The notes under the pieces are model-generated. The model had not been told where the DNA came from. It searched no databases and was given only the letters and a program-made list of their open reading frames with translations. A stretch of DNA of 64,000 bases from the NCBI GenBank assembly GCA_965261735.1, contig OZ253470.1, positions 1,856,001-1,920,000 on the forward strand, given 5' to 3'. This document shows, one piece after another, positions 52,201 through 61,800 of this stretch. The position numbers were made by a program, and so were the translations under genes. Source of the DNA: Alphaproteobacteria bacterium (GTDB lineage Bacteria; Pseudomonadota; Alphaproteobacteria; SHVV01). Each line of letters opens with the position of its first letter. Within the stretch, counting starts at the first letter, position 1.

Positions 52201-53530
52201 GATAACCCGCCGCCAGAAGCCCCGCCACCTTGTTCTCGATTGCCTGGGCAGACAAGGAATGTCCCGTACCGGCGGCCATTCCTGCCGCCATGTCACGGAC
52301 TTCAAGCTCCATTTGGAGGTTGTGACGGGTTGAATAGAGCCTGGTATGCGCCATGTCGGCCCGGCCTTCGGCCGCCCGTGGCGGTCGGGTCAAGCGCACG
52401 ACCTCCGGGCTTAGAAGCACACGTTCGATGCTTGTTGCTACCGCCTCATGGTTCAACAGCCCGGCGGTGGCATTGCCAACCCGCTCGACGATATCCGGAA
52501 GACGGAACACCGCCTCCTCTCGCGTGAGGCGTTCCGGCAGGTCTTCCAGGATTTCCGTCAGCGCCCGGATCTGCTGCTGCGTAATGGCTTCCGCCTTGCC
52601 CAATATCGAGGCAATCAGTGCTTCGCGCTCGACATACCCCTCCGCTTCGCCGCGCCAGCGCGCGTGCCGGATTTCCGGGTCATTGTCGGGCGACTTGCCG
52701 GCCCGCGTGATCTTGTTCGCCGCTGCGGCCCGTGGCGCGTTGCCCTCGACCGTAAAGCCCATCTCCCGGGCCGCTTCGATAATCGCCGCCCGGCGCTTCG
52801 ACCAGTGACCGATCAGGTTCCCGGGCATGCCTGCAATGCGCGTGAACTCTCCATCCTTCCCATACTGTTCCATGCGAATGCCGAGACGCTCTTGGAGGCT
52901 CCATGCCATGGCATTGCGGTAGACTGCCCCCGCCGCCTTCATCCAGGTGTAGACCGGGTGCTGGTGCAGTGCCCGGTACTTGCCGTCCCGGTGTGTGCGG
53001 GCCGCATTGAAGATCACGCAGTGGGTGTGCAGTTGCGGGTCGTTGTCCCGGCTGGTTCCATGTTGGAACATCGCCGCTGATATATCGGCGGGCAGCACCT
53101 CGATCTCGCCGTCCCGGTTACGGATGCGGGTATAGGCGCAATGCCTCAGCACTGTTTCCTCAAGTGCTACTCGGGCCGCATCGTTATGCGCCTGCTCGAT
53201 CTCCGAACGCAGGTCTGGGTCGGCGACGGCCCACAAGGCGGAGACGCTCTTATCGGCGCTGAAGGTCATGTCGAGACCCGCGGAGCGCCGCTCGCTGCCC
53301 GCGTTTTGTGTGAGCTTGCCTCCGGTGTTCGGTGCGAAGCCGTTATACAGCCGGTGGAAGTCGCTGCTGTCGACCTTGCCGTCGTCGGTAAGGCCGAACA
53401 GGCCCTTCGGATTGAACCAGACGCCATCCGGTTCCTCTCCCGCTGTGTAGTACTCATTGGGATGACGAAAGGAGCGCTGGCTCTCCAGGTAATAGGCGGC
53501 CGATGCGGCCTGGGCCAGAGTGGCTACCAT
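49238..53530 (-). CDS. MOBF (TrwC/TraA-type) conjugative relaxase-helicase
   Basis: N-terminal YY..YY, DMTFSADKSVS, HGTSRDNDPQLHTH, WSKRR; RecD-like GAAGSGKTT, VDEAGM, HGYALTITSAQGLTVD. Confidence 0.92.
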   Translation of the reverse strand: MVATLAQAASAAYYLESQRSFRHPNEYYTAGEEPDGVWFNPKGLFGLTDDGKVDSSDFHRLYNGFAPNTGGKLTQNAGSERRSAGLDMTFSADKSVSALWAVADPDLRSEIEQAHNDAARVALEETVLRHCAYTRIRNRDGEIEVLPADISAAMFQHGTSRDNDPQLHTHCVIFNAARTHRDGKYRALHQHPVYTWMKAAGAVYRNAMAWSLQERLGIRMEQYGKDGEFTRIAGMPGNLIGHWSKRRAAIIEAAREMGFTVEGNAPRAAAANKITRAGKSPDNDPEIRHARWRGEAEGYVEREALIASILGKAEAITQQQIRALTEILEDLPERLTREEAVFRLPDIVERVGNATAGLLNHEAVATSIERVLLSPEVVRLTRPPRAAEGRADMAHTRLYSTRHNLQMELEVRDMAAGMAAGTGHSLSAQAIENKVAGLLAAGYPLSQEQIKAIRAVTSSSGRVAIIEGAAGSGKTTTLRPIADLYREHGKNIIATAVAWRTAVALGNDVDARPFCVDKLLRLAARGGIEIDGNTTIIVDEAGMLSTRQAHHILQLSERHGAKIVFAGDTQQQQPVEAGPGLRLVRDAVGSVRVDRIRRQKADLEDILVHVHGEAPEAARFRTGMMGEQERTRIVAEYEAMEDKPAFTPWQVAASEALRDGDAASAIAAHRARGRFHIGYDEEKTLTGLIDDWDRYQREHPDKSSVVLARTRAEVRALSHLMRERRFTALPNGERPDPDRVHADRVTIIVSRGTEDERTASPLEIVRGDRLRIGATHWEKQLFNGTVVTVDDFKVQRGEAGTEPSVLISARTEDGRAVSFHHDEIRDWYGNIRLDHGYALTITSAQGLTVDRTFLLADARPARETIYPAATRHREGLDIYVNRAPLVLDIADRRADNDRKAVVTDTEIRSYLAERWSRSQPKEAALDYMADGVWEDRREHVREDNSRSIRETRETREEPLEARPAANDNALSRIARDIRRTAFGWRHAQAVSTFAAGREEILAAYDDLRERTRTQGDTVALGPAYQETLTRHSALLKQAAAFRARPDDFASLLAERCGIGRKDLDAFEDLHTRARRHRRAATMRYVHRIKREADQQGLEPEMRQGVQPLGGGAAETAGGVPPGRSRPARPGDGRPHTPAQATPPIETVAMPTERDLAGGPPAVAPAPPVDKPTVPTEKQVAWDTYSALRKDWSRHLAAAERAGVHAIYVDGYKQFRARMEALAENPALEDRPRRSLGNVLAHLDEGTETRREIEDYLAAVKDRLEYRSEVLETVAIDLNKPVTGLTGYDRWRADIDRLAETGRRIIDDQDTYAPHLNGISLGLEHVRWALTDIGRLIGRDDKQISQAAERERQSEQSAPQETHEERQHRAQREAREFSRLQSAAYNATGAERKAAQKEFDDYVERHSQKRETVEEEERQTYKRSRGRSMGI

Positions 53531-53933
53531 GACGCCAGCCCGGTAACGACGTTGCCGGATAGGGATACAACCTGGGCGGAGTATAGCCGGAATATGACTG
53601 TCGTAGCTCTCATGATTCCAGCCTTGGGAATTCCTGTATTTTAAAGAGGCTTAACGAAATGGCCGTGCGGTCTTTACAATTCTGGGCAAAGTTCATTACA
53701 TATATCGAGATCAAAGCACCAAGGTGCAGCGGTGTGAGATGACTAATATAGTCTCTCATGTTTCGAGAAAGGATATAGACTGCATAATCGGAGATCAAGG
53801 GGAATTTGGCCCTGCCTTGGAACGTGGCGGCGCACTTGAAATGGCCGTTCGAATGGCGGAATTGACCGGCTGTCGGGCCAATGGCAGAATCCGGGCTTGA
53901 TCGCGGATTCTGGAAACAGCGGGGAGATGGACG
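53531..53933. promoter_or_regulatory. Probable oriT / divergent promoter region
   Basis: AT-rich intergenic region between the relaxase and a divergent small gene; nic site not identified. Confidence 0.45.
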
Positions 53934-54236
53934 ATGCCGGCGAAACGCTTCAACGAAGCGGATATCGACTTCGATGGCATAGACGGTGAGTTGGCGAAAC
54001 TTGAGCCGCCGAAGCTGAGCCTGACTGATGTACTGGACCGTTTGCGGAAGCGGCTGGTCAAGCAACAGGCGAAGGGGGTGACGGTGGCTCAAATGCATGA
54101 GGTGTTGAAATCAGGCGGCATCGCTATCACGGAGCGCAGTCTGCGGACGTTTCTGGACAAGGGCGTGTTGCCGGGAAGGAAGGTTGCCGAGGCTGCCAGG
54201 GCTATGGTGTCCGAAGAAGGTAAAGATCCGTTCTGA
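53934..54236 (+). CDS. Small hypothetical protein, probable relaxosome accessory/HTH protein
   Basis: Divergent from the relaxase; GVTVAQMHEVLKSGGIAITERSLRTFL resembles an HTH. Confidence 0.6.
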   Translation: MPAKRFNEADIDFDGIDGELAKLEPPKLSLTDVLDRLRKRLVKQQAKGVTVAQMHEVLKSGGIAITERSLRTFLDKGVLPGRKVAEAARAMVSEEGKDPF

Positions 54237-54541
54237 GACGAATGACGGCGCATATGGGTTCGTCGTGGCGGTTTTCGGGATGCGGATAATGAAGTTGCAA
54301 TGGGGGATGGCCGGGCGCCAGCGTGGCGCTTCAGCGCCCGCATACGGCGATGGCGCGAAGCGGCCGATCCGATAGGCGGCGATGCATCGTTCGAAGAACG
54401 AGGAGCCGACAGCGAGCGTAAGCTCGCACAATTGGCGGTGGCGCGAAGCGCCCCGCCATGGGCCGTGACTTTATGCACACGGCATAAAAAAGGGGCCGAC
54501 CTCCGCTGTGTGATGGCGGGGGCCGACCCTGAAGGGTGCCG

Positions 54542-55533
54542 TTATGCGGCGGCGAGAAGGACGGGGATTCCGATCTTGCGTGCCTTGTCGATCATGTTAT
54601 TCGTGATGCCGGAGCCTGGGAAGGCGACGAGGCCTTTCGGCAGGAAGTTGAGCAGGACGTCGTTACGCCGGAAGGGCGCGGCCTTGCCGTCCCGGTCCCA
54701 GTTCGGCTTGCAGACGACCTGGTGAACGCCGTTCTTCTCGGCCCAGCTTGCGGCGATCTTCTCCGCGCCGGGTCCGCCGCCGTGCAGCAGGACCATATCG
54801 TCGTACTTGATCTTGATGCTGTCCAGCGAGCGCCAGATGGCGGTGACGTCGGCAAAGTCCTTGCCGCCGGTGAAGGCGACCAGGGTGCCCTCGGGCAGAT
54901 GTGCGTTGGTCTCACGGTCCTTGCGGGCGCGGAGGTAGTCGCGGGCGTCGATGGCGGCGGAAGTTAGTTTGCCGGTCTGGCTGCTGTGCGACCCGTTGCG
55001 CGGACGCCAGGTATCGCCGGTCTCGGTGCGGTATCCCTCGGCGGCGAGGTCGCGCATGGCCTCGAAGGCATCGCTGGCCGGTCAGGTATCGCCGGTCTCG
55101 GTGCGGTATCCCTCGGCGGCGAGGTCGCGCATGGCCTCGAAGGCATCGCGCCGGTCACCGAGGTTCTGGACCCGGTCGGTCAGGCGTTCGAGTTCGCAAG
55201 ACTTGATCTCGGAGCCGTCTTGCTCGCGTTGGAGGTCCTTCATTTCGGGCGCGATCTTGTCGATGCCACGGTCGAGGCGCTGGACCTGGGCGTGCAGCGC
55301 ATTGACGAAGCCCCAGAGGAGGCTCTCGCGTTCGTCGGCGAGCTGCGTGCCATCCGGTGCGACCACACCGGCCAGGATGTGGATGGCTTCTTCGATCCCT
55401 GCAAGGGCTTCGTCCTCGTCCCAAGTCTCGCGGTTGTCGAACTCATCTCGACCGGGGGTCGCGCCGAACAGAGCGGCCTGTTCGCATGCCATTGCGGTCT
55501 GTGACGATGTTTCGGTGCTGATGAAGTTCTGCA
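54542..55533 (-). pseudogene. DUF2493 (YspA/SLOG-like) protein split by a 75-bp duplication that creates an in-frame TGA
   Basis: ESLLWGFVN.., VAFTGG, LLHGG..GAEKIA..WA, AAPFRRND, AFPGSGIT; both parts in the same frame; start approximate. Confidence 0.8.
55008..55155. repeat. Tandem duplication with a 75-bp period
   Basis: 55008-55074 is identical to 55083-55149. Confidence 0.95.
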
Positions 55534-55822
55534 TGAGTCTCTCCAATGCAATGTCGATATCCTCCGAAGCGGGCTGCCCCGTCGTGATGTCTCTTTGGGT
55601 CACGCGCTCGCAGCGGAGCCACGATGGCCGGAATGCCTGCGCCGGGGGGATGCGCGAGTGGTGCGGGCGCAGGGAGCGCAGCGACTGAGCCACGGTCGCG
55701 TATTGCACCGGCGCTAGCCGCGCAGCGGCGTGGCATTACGCGCTATCGCCGTAACGGAGCGCAAGCGGAGTGAAGGACCCCACAGGGGTTGGCGCAGTGA
55801 GAACGTGTGGGACAATGAGACA

Positions 55823-56860
55823 TCATGGCGGGGTAATTATTCTCCCACTTATACGCCTCTCTTCCACCGTTTCCCCGGACTCGGTGCTTGCAATAAGGGG
55901 CGCGATTTGAGCTGCGAGGGTTTCTTCCCCGAAGGCAATAAGATCGTCATTAAAATCGGAGTGTTCGGGGACAATCACGATTGAGGGAATTCTGCGTTCC
56001 ACGCAACGGCGCTGAAGACGGTTTGCGGCGTCCCCGCCTTCCATGTCTTTATCGCGGGCGATGACCAACAGGGCGAGGTCTTGGGGCGGTTCGAAGGCGC
56101 CCAGGCTTCCTGCCGATAGAGCCGCTGCGGCATGAATGCCGGGAACGGCGGTAACCAGCGACAGCACGGTTTCGATGCCCTCGCCGGCAAGCAAGGTCGC
56201 GCCGGAGGCGGACCCGCCGAAGCGAACGGCCCGGCCGTGGACGCGCCCAAGCGCTTTGCGCGGGCGGGTGAGGTTGGCTTTCTCGGGTAGCTTGGGGTCA
56301 AGCCAGGTGCGTTGCACGCCCTCGACGGCGTCGTCATCGTCGGTGACGGCGGCGACCAGTGCCGGCATGTGGTGGATGCTGTCATCGCCGCGATGGATGA
56401 GATCGGGATGAAACCGTAGCGCCGGGAAGCGGCAATGGCCGATGGCGCGGGCGTGCAGGTAGGCTTCGGCATGGGTGCCATCGATGGGCCGGCAACGCCG
56501 CCAGAGGCGGCGCGCCGCTTCCTCACGGTCATAGCCGCCGGCGTTATCGCCGCCATTAGCAGGAGCAGACCGCGGCAATGAGAGGAACGCGAGGGCTTCC
56601 TCCATGGCCTGCCGCAGCGATGCTCCGCCGGTGTGCAGACGGATGAGATCGAGCAGATCGCCATGCTCGTTGGTTGCGGCGTCGGTCCATTTTCCGGGTA
56701 TGCCTGGAGGCGCCAGGCGCACGAAGAGCGAGCGCCCCTTGACGCCGCTTGTGTCGCCGATGGTCCAGTATCTGCCCTGCCTGCGTCCGCGGGGAAGGTA
56801 GCAGCGGCAGACATCTTCTGCCCGTGTGCTTAACGCAGCGGCAATTTCAGTGGCGTTCAT
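55823..56860 (-). CDS. Toprim-domain (primase-like) protein of mobile elements
   Basis: GKWTDAAT.EHGDLLDLI, AEAYL.AR, GVQRTWL, GEGIETVLS, D.D..G, DFNDDL. Confidence 0.85.
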   Translation of the reverse strand: MNATEIAAALSTRAEDVCRCYLPRGRRQGRYWTIGDTSGVKGRSLFVRLAPPGIPGKWTDAATNEHGDLLDLIRLHTGGASLRQAMEEALAFLSLPRSAPANGGDNAGGYDREEAARRLWRRCRPIDGTHAEAYLHARAIGHCRFPALRFHPDLIHRGDDSIHHMPALVAAVTDDDDAVEGVQRTWLDPKLPEKANLTRPRKALGRVHGRAVRFGGSASGATLLAGEGIETVLSLVTAVPGIHAAAALSAGSLGAFEPPQDLALLVIARDKDMEGGDAANRLQRRCVERRIPSIVIVPEHSDFNDDLIAFGEETLAAQIAPLIASTESGETVEERRISGRIITPP

Positions 56861-57052
56861 GGGGCGCGATCCCTTAGGGGAGCGATGGTGCGAAACGGGT
56901 GCATGGGGAACCTCTCCTGCCTGTCGTGGGACGCCCCCTTCAGGCCCGCCGCGAACTCTTGACGGTGAGGGCCGCGAGAGCGGAGCGCGTAGCGCGGCCG
57001 CTCCGCGTCCAGGGTTTGGGAACGCTGTAGAGGCGGGCTCGAACGGGACTCC

Positions 57053-57096
57053 AAAAAAAGGGCCAGCCCCATGCCAACTTGGCGGGGACTGGCCCT
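57053..57096 (-). terminator. Rho-independent terminator downstream of ssb
   Basis: AGGGCCAG.CCCC/GGGG.CTGGCCCT stem with an A-run on + (T-run on -). Confidence 0.65.
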
Positions 57097-57122
57097 GAGT
57101 TATGCGGGATGGAGGAAGCCCG

Positions 57123-57566
57123 CTAGAACGGAATTTCGCTGTCATCCACCGTCGCGGCGGTTTCGCCGGAAGGCACGGTCTTGCCGTTCATCGCCGGTGC
57201 GCCGTTGCCGTTCGGCTTGTCTAAGAACTGGACCCTCCCGCCGGGGACCAGAAGGATCTCGGTCGAGAACCGGTCGCTGTCCTCGCCGTCCTTGCGCCAC
57301 TTGCGGGTCTGGAGCTTGCCCGAGACGTAGACCAGGCGGCCCTTCTTCGCGTGCTTCTCCATCATCTCCACCAAGCCCTCCTGGAAGGTGACGATGCGGT
57401 GCCACTCGGTGCGGTCCACCTTGTCGCCCGAGTTTTTGTCGAGGAAACTCTCGTCGGTCGCGATCGAGATGTTGGCGACACGGCCGCCGTTGGTGAGATG
57501 GCTGATGGTGGCGTCGGCGCCGAGGCGTCCGATCAACTGTGCGTTATTCAGTCCGAACATGATCAA
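57123..57566 (-). CDS. ssb: Single-stranded DNA-binding protein
   Basis: LIGRLGAD, TEWHRIV, KGRLVYVSGKLQTRKW, C-terminal DDSEIPF. Confidence 0.93.
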   Translation of the reverse strand: MIMFGLNNAQLIGRLGADATISHLTNGGRVANISIATDESFLDKNSGDKVDRTEWHRIVTFQEGLVEMMEKHAKKGRLVYVSGKLQTRKWRKDGEDSDRFSTEILLVPGGRVQFLDKPNGNGAPAMNGKTVPSGETAATVDDSEIPF

Positions 57567-57666
57567 TCTCCTATGATCCGGGTTATGACATCGGGTTAGC
57601 GAACGGGGTCAGGCCTCTCTCGACCCTTCCCCCTTCACACTTCTCTAAGCCCCCCTCTTCCTCTAT

Positions 57667-57858
57667 TCAGCCGTCTGCCCCGGTGTAGGTTCGGGAGCCG
57701 AGAACTTCGCGGATCGCGTGGGCCGGCATTCCGACCGCGGCCAGTAGCGCGCCGGCGTCGGGAAGCGGTGCGGTGAAGCCGGGATCGGAATCGCCTGTGC
57801 TGCCGGGATTGAAACGGGTGTCGTTGGACTCGGTTGAGCTATGAATGTGATCGAACAT
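57667..57858 (-). CDS. Small hypothetical protein (63 aa)
   Basis: ATG preceded by GGAG; co-oriented with the neighbouring backbone genes. Confidence 0.5.
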   Translation of the reverse strand: MFDHIHSSTESNDTRFNPGSTGDSDPGFTAPLPDAGALLAAVGMPAHAIREVLGSRTYTGADG

Positions 57859-58047
57859 TTTGCATCTCCGCTGGTAGGGGTGAGACGCAGCCCGGAGGGA
57901 ACTCTCTCTTCGCCTTGGGCGCGTCGCCCTTCTCTTTGCCTTCCTCAAACTCTCTTGCACGTTGGTCGAGGCGGGCCGGAGAGTCCGGTGGCATCGCACG
58001 ACGGCAACCGTTGGCACGATTGTGCGCGGCAAGCGCCGCGCGGGTTG

Positions 58048-58362
58048 TCAAAGGGCCGCGTCGTTGGCGTCCATGATGGCGATGATGACGTCGTCGAGGC
58101 TGCCCCTCGCGCTCATCAAGGTGTGCTCGAGATGGAGAAGCTGGTGGCGGAGCCCGGCGCGGTCGTCGCAGGACGGGTTGCCGGGCAGACGCATGATGGC
58201 GTTCCGCAACTCGGCGAAGCGCTCCGCCAGATCCTTCATGTGGCCGGCAGCCTCGCGTGCGCCGGTTCGGGCTTCCGGCAGGAACCCGCCGGGATCGGAC
58301 CGGGCGCCGGCCATGGTTTCGAAATCACCCGTCGCGGAGTGTGGTGTGAGGGTGTCGAACAT
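58048..58362 (-). CDS. Small helical hypothetical protein
   Basis: ATG preceded by GGAGGA; amphipathic helical sequence. Confidence 0.6.
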   Translation of the reverse strand: MFDTLTPHSATGDFETMAGARSDPGGFLPEARTGAREAAGHMKDLAERFAELRNAIMRLPGNPSCDDRAGLRHQLLHLEHTLMSARGSLDDVIIAIMDANDAAL

Positions 58363-58477
58363 CGGGTTCCTCCGTGGATTGCATGACAGAATGGCGGCGA
58401 TGCCGGGAAAATTGCCTCCCGTACACCGCCTGAATCACCCCTGCCGTGCTGCCCTCGGCCTCTACATCTTGTTGGGT

Positions 58478-58738
58478 TCAATGGGTGGCTTCATCGCGAG
58501 TGGCGGACATGGCGCGGGCAGCGATGGCGGACCAGGCATTGCGGTCGAGGCCGATGCGGGCGTTGAGTCGGTCGCAGATTCGCAAGGCATCGTCGAGGCT
58601 CAGCGCCACCAGCGCCGTGGGGACGTAGCCCGGCATCGAATCGAACACGATTCGTATTTGCTGCGGCATGTTGTCGAAGTCATAAGCGGGACAAAACGCA
58701 TAGACGGGATCGTCCGGCAGGGTGTGTGACGAAGGCAT
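58478..58738 (-). CDS. Small hypothetical protein (86 aa)
   Basis: ATG preceded by AGGAAGGA; co-oriented with the neighbouring genes. Confidence 0.6.
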   Translation of the reverse strand: MPSSHTLPDDPVYAFCPAYDFDNMPQQIRIVFDSMPGYVPTALVALSLDDALRICDRLNARIGLDRNAWSAIAARAMSATRDEATH

Positions 58739-58877
58739 GGCAATGTCCTTCCTATGGCAGGTAGTGCAATTGGCGGCAGTGGGCGGCGCAAAGGCGCAAA
58801 TCCCCGGAAGCGCGCGTAGCGGGCGGCGGCAAGCGTTCGGACGCCCCGCGCCGGATACCGGGTGGGAGCGTGCGGAT

Positions 58878-61800
58878 TTACGCCGGGTTCGCAGCCGCGA
58901 GGGGCCAACGATCGAGGATGCGGCCGAGGTCGATGTATTGGGGCACGAACACACGGGTCCGCCACGAAACGATCTCGGTGGCGCACCCCATGCGCTTGAG
59001 CGCCGCGAGGTCGCCGTCGTCCGGCCCCTCGATCTCGACGCGCCCGGCGCCCATCAGGCGCCGCCTTGCGAGGCGCCAGCCGTTGGCGAGATCGAAGGAC
59101 GCACCGCGGGTCAGGATCGCTTCGTGCATCTCGGCCGGGCTCATGACCGGTCCTCCGGCCAGCCCGAAGGCGTCGCGGAAGGCGTGCGCCTGCTCGGGCG
59201 TCAGAACCCGGCCGAGCAGGCTTTCCCCGGCATCGGTCGCAAGCCGGCGCACCCGCATGTTCTCGCCCGGCAGCCGGTCCCATATGGGGAGCAGCAAACC
59301 GGTGACCAGCCACAGGCGGGATTCGGTGTGGCTGGGCAGCCCTTCGATCTCCGCATCCCACAATGCGCGCCAGTGATCTTCAACGGAATCCTCCCAGTTC
59401 GAGGCGGCAAGGTCGGCCGTGGCCATGGGCTCGCGGGCGGCGGGACGGACCAGGCGGACCCGGGCCTCGACCCCGCCGTCCTCGAACATCCGCGACGGCG
59501 CGGGCAGAACAACGGCGGCGCGCTTCGAGCGGGTGTTGATGACGGGCCGCCCGTCGCGCAAGGCGAGGGCATCGTCGGCCTGGAGCGGCACGAGCCGGTC
59601 GCGGCGGACGATCTCGACAAGTTCGGTGGCGGCGCCCGAGGCTTGATGAACGTGAACCGCCTCGCGCGAGGCCACGGTGAGGGAGTCGGCCCGGATGGTC
59701 TCGACGCCCTGCTCGTGGGTCCCGGCCTCGATGGCCTGTTCGATATTGGCCTCGATGCGGGTTTCCAGCTCGGCGAACAGTTCGTTCTGCTCGGCGATGG
59801 GCAGGGCCAGTAGCCGGTTCAGGAACCGGGGCATCGGCGGCAGGTCTTCCTTGAGGGAGCCTTCCCAGATGAGCTTGAGTCCGGTGGCGTCCTCGAAGCG
59901 GTCCATGGACCAGCCCGCAATGTTGCCGCGCCACAGCGCGATGTAGAACTGGCGCAACGCCACCTTGGCGTAGGGGCTTTCCAGATTGTCGCTGGCCCGG
60001 AACAGGGTGGCGTCGCCGCCGCCCATGGCGGTCTGGCTGTCCCGCTGTCCCCGGGTGATGGCGCCCAGGCTGTCGAGACGCCGGGCAATGGTGGCGATGA
60101 ACCGCCGCTCCCCCTTCACATCCGTGGTGACGGGGCGGAACAAGGGGGCCGAGGCTTGGTGCGTTCGATGGGTGCGGCCCAGGCCCTGGATCGCCTGGTC
60201 GGCCCGCCAGCCCGGCTCCAGCAGATAGTGGATACGCCGTGCGGTATTGCCGCAGCCGAGATCGGCGTGATAGCTGCGCCCGGTGCCGCCGGCCATGGAG
60301 AAGACGAGGATGCGTTTGTCGCCCGCCATGAAGGCGGCGGTCTCGGCCAGATTGGCCGACGCCGGACGGTTGCGCAGCGCCAGGCGCTCGCCGGACGAAT
60401 CGGCGATACGCAAGACCCGGCGCGAGCGGCCGGTGACCTCGGCGACGGCCTCGCCGCCGAAACGGTGCAGAATCTGGTCGAGCGCCGCCTGCACCGGCGG
60501 CAATGCCGCGAGCTTCTCGATCAACGCGTCTCGCGCAGCGACTGCTTCCTGGCACAGGACGGGGTTGCCCTCGGCGTCGGTCACGGGCCGCGACATGAGA
60601 TTGCCCTCGTCGTCGGTGAAGGGTTCCTGCAATTGCACCGGGAAGGCGTGCGCCAGATATTCCAGGCACGCCTCCCTCGGCGTCAGGTCGACGGAGATGT
60701 CGTCCCATTCCGAGACGGGGATATCGGCGATGCGCCGGTCGAGCAAGGCCTCGCCGGTGGAGACCAGCTGGATGACGCAGGCATGGCCGGCCTCGAGATC
60801 GGCCTTCACGGACCGGATCAGGGAGGGGCATTTCATGGCGGTCAGGAGATGGCCGAAGAAGCGCTGCTTGGCCCCCTCGAAAGCCGACAGCGCGGCTGAC
60901 TTCGCGTTCTTGTTGAGGGTGGCATCGCCCTCCATGATGCCGGTGGCTTTCAGGGCGTCTTCTATATTGCGGTGGATCACCTTGAAGGCCCCGGCATAGG
61001 CGTCGTAGATGCGCCGCTGCTCGGGTGTCAGGGGATGTTCGAGCAGCTCGACCTCGACCCCGTCATAACTGAGCGCACGGGCCTGGTAGAGGCCGAGGGC
61101 CTTCAGATCGCGGGCAACCACCTCCATCGCCGCCACCCCGCCGGCCTCCATGGCGGTGACGAAATCGGTGCGTTGCTCGAAGGGCGTCTCGCCGCCTGAA
61201 TCCGCGCCGCCCCACAGGCCGAGACGGCGGGCATAGGCCAAGCCGGGCACCGTGGTAGCGCCGGTAGCGGAGACATACAGGATACGGGCATCCGGCAAGG
61301 CGTTCTGCAAACGCAATCCGGCGCGGCCCTGTTGCGAGGGGGCCGTGTCGCCGCGCGATCCCTTGGCCCCGGCGGCGTTGGCCATGGCGTGGGCCTCGTC
61401 GAACACGATGACGCCGCCAAAGGCATGGCGGGAGTCTTCGTCCATGCCATCCACGAGCCAGCCCACGATCTGTTCGAGGCGCGAGGACTTTCCCTGACGG
61501 GCAGGCGAGCGCAAGGTTGCATAGGTGGCAAACAGGATCCCGGCCTCTTGAGGAATTTCGGCCCCTTGGCGGAACTTGCCCAAGGGAATGATGTCGGCCT
61601 CCTTGCCGCCGATCGCGGCCCAGTCGCGGCGCGCGTCTTCCAGCAACTTGTCGGAGGCGGAGAGCCACAGCGCCCGGCGGCGACCGCGCAGCCAGTGGTC
61701 GAGGATGATGGCGGCGACCTGGCGGCCCTTGCCGCAGCCGGTGCCGTCGCCCAGCATCCAGCCGCGCCGGAAACGCACTGGCGCGGACAGGGCTTCGCCG

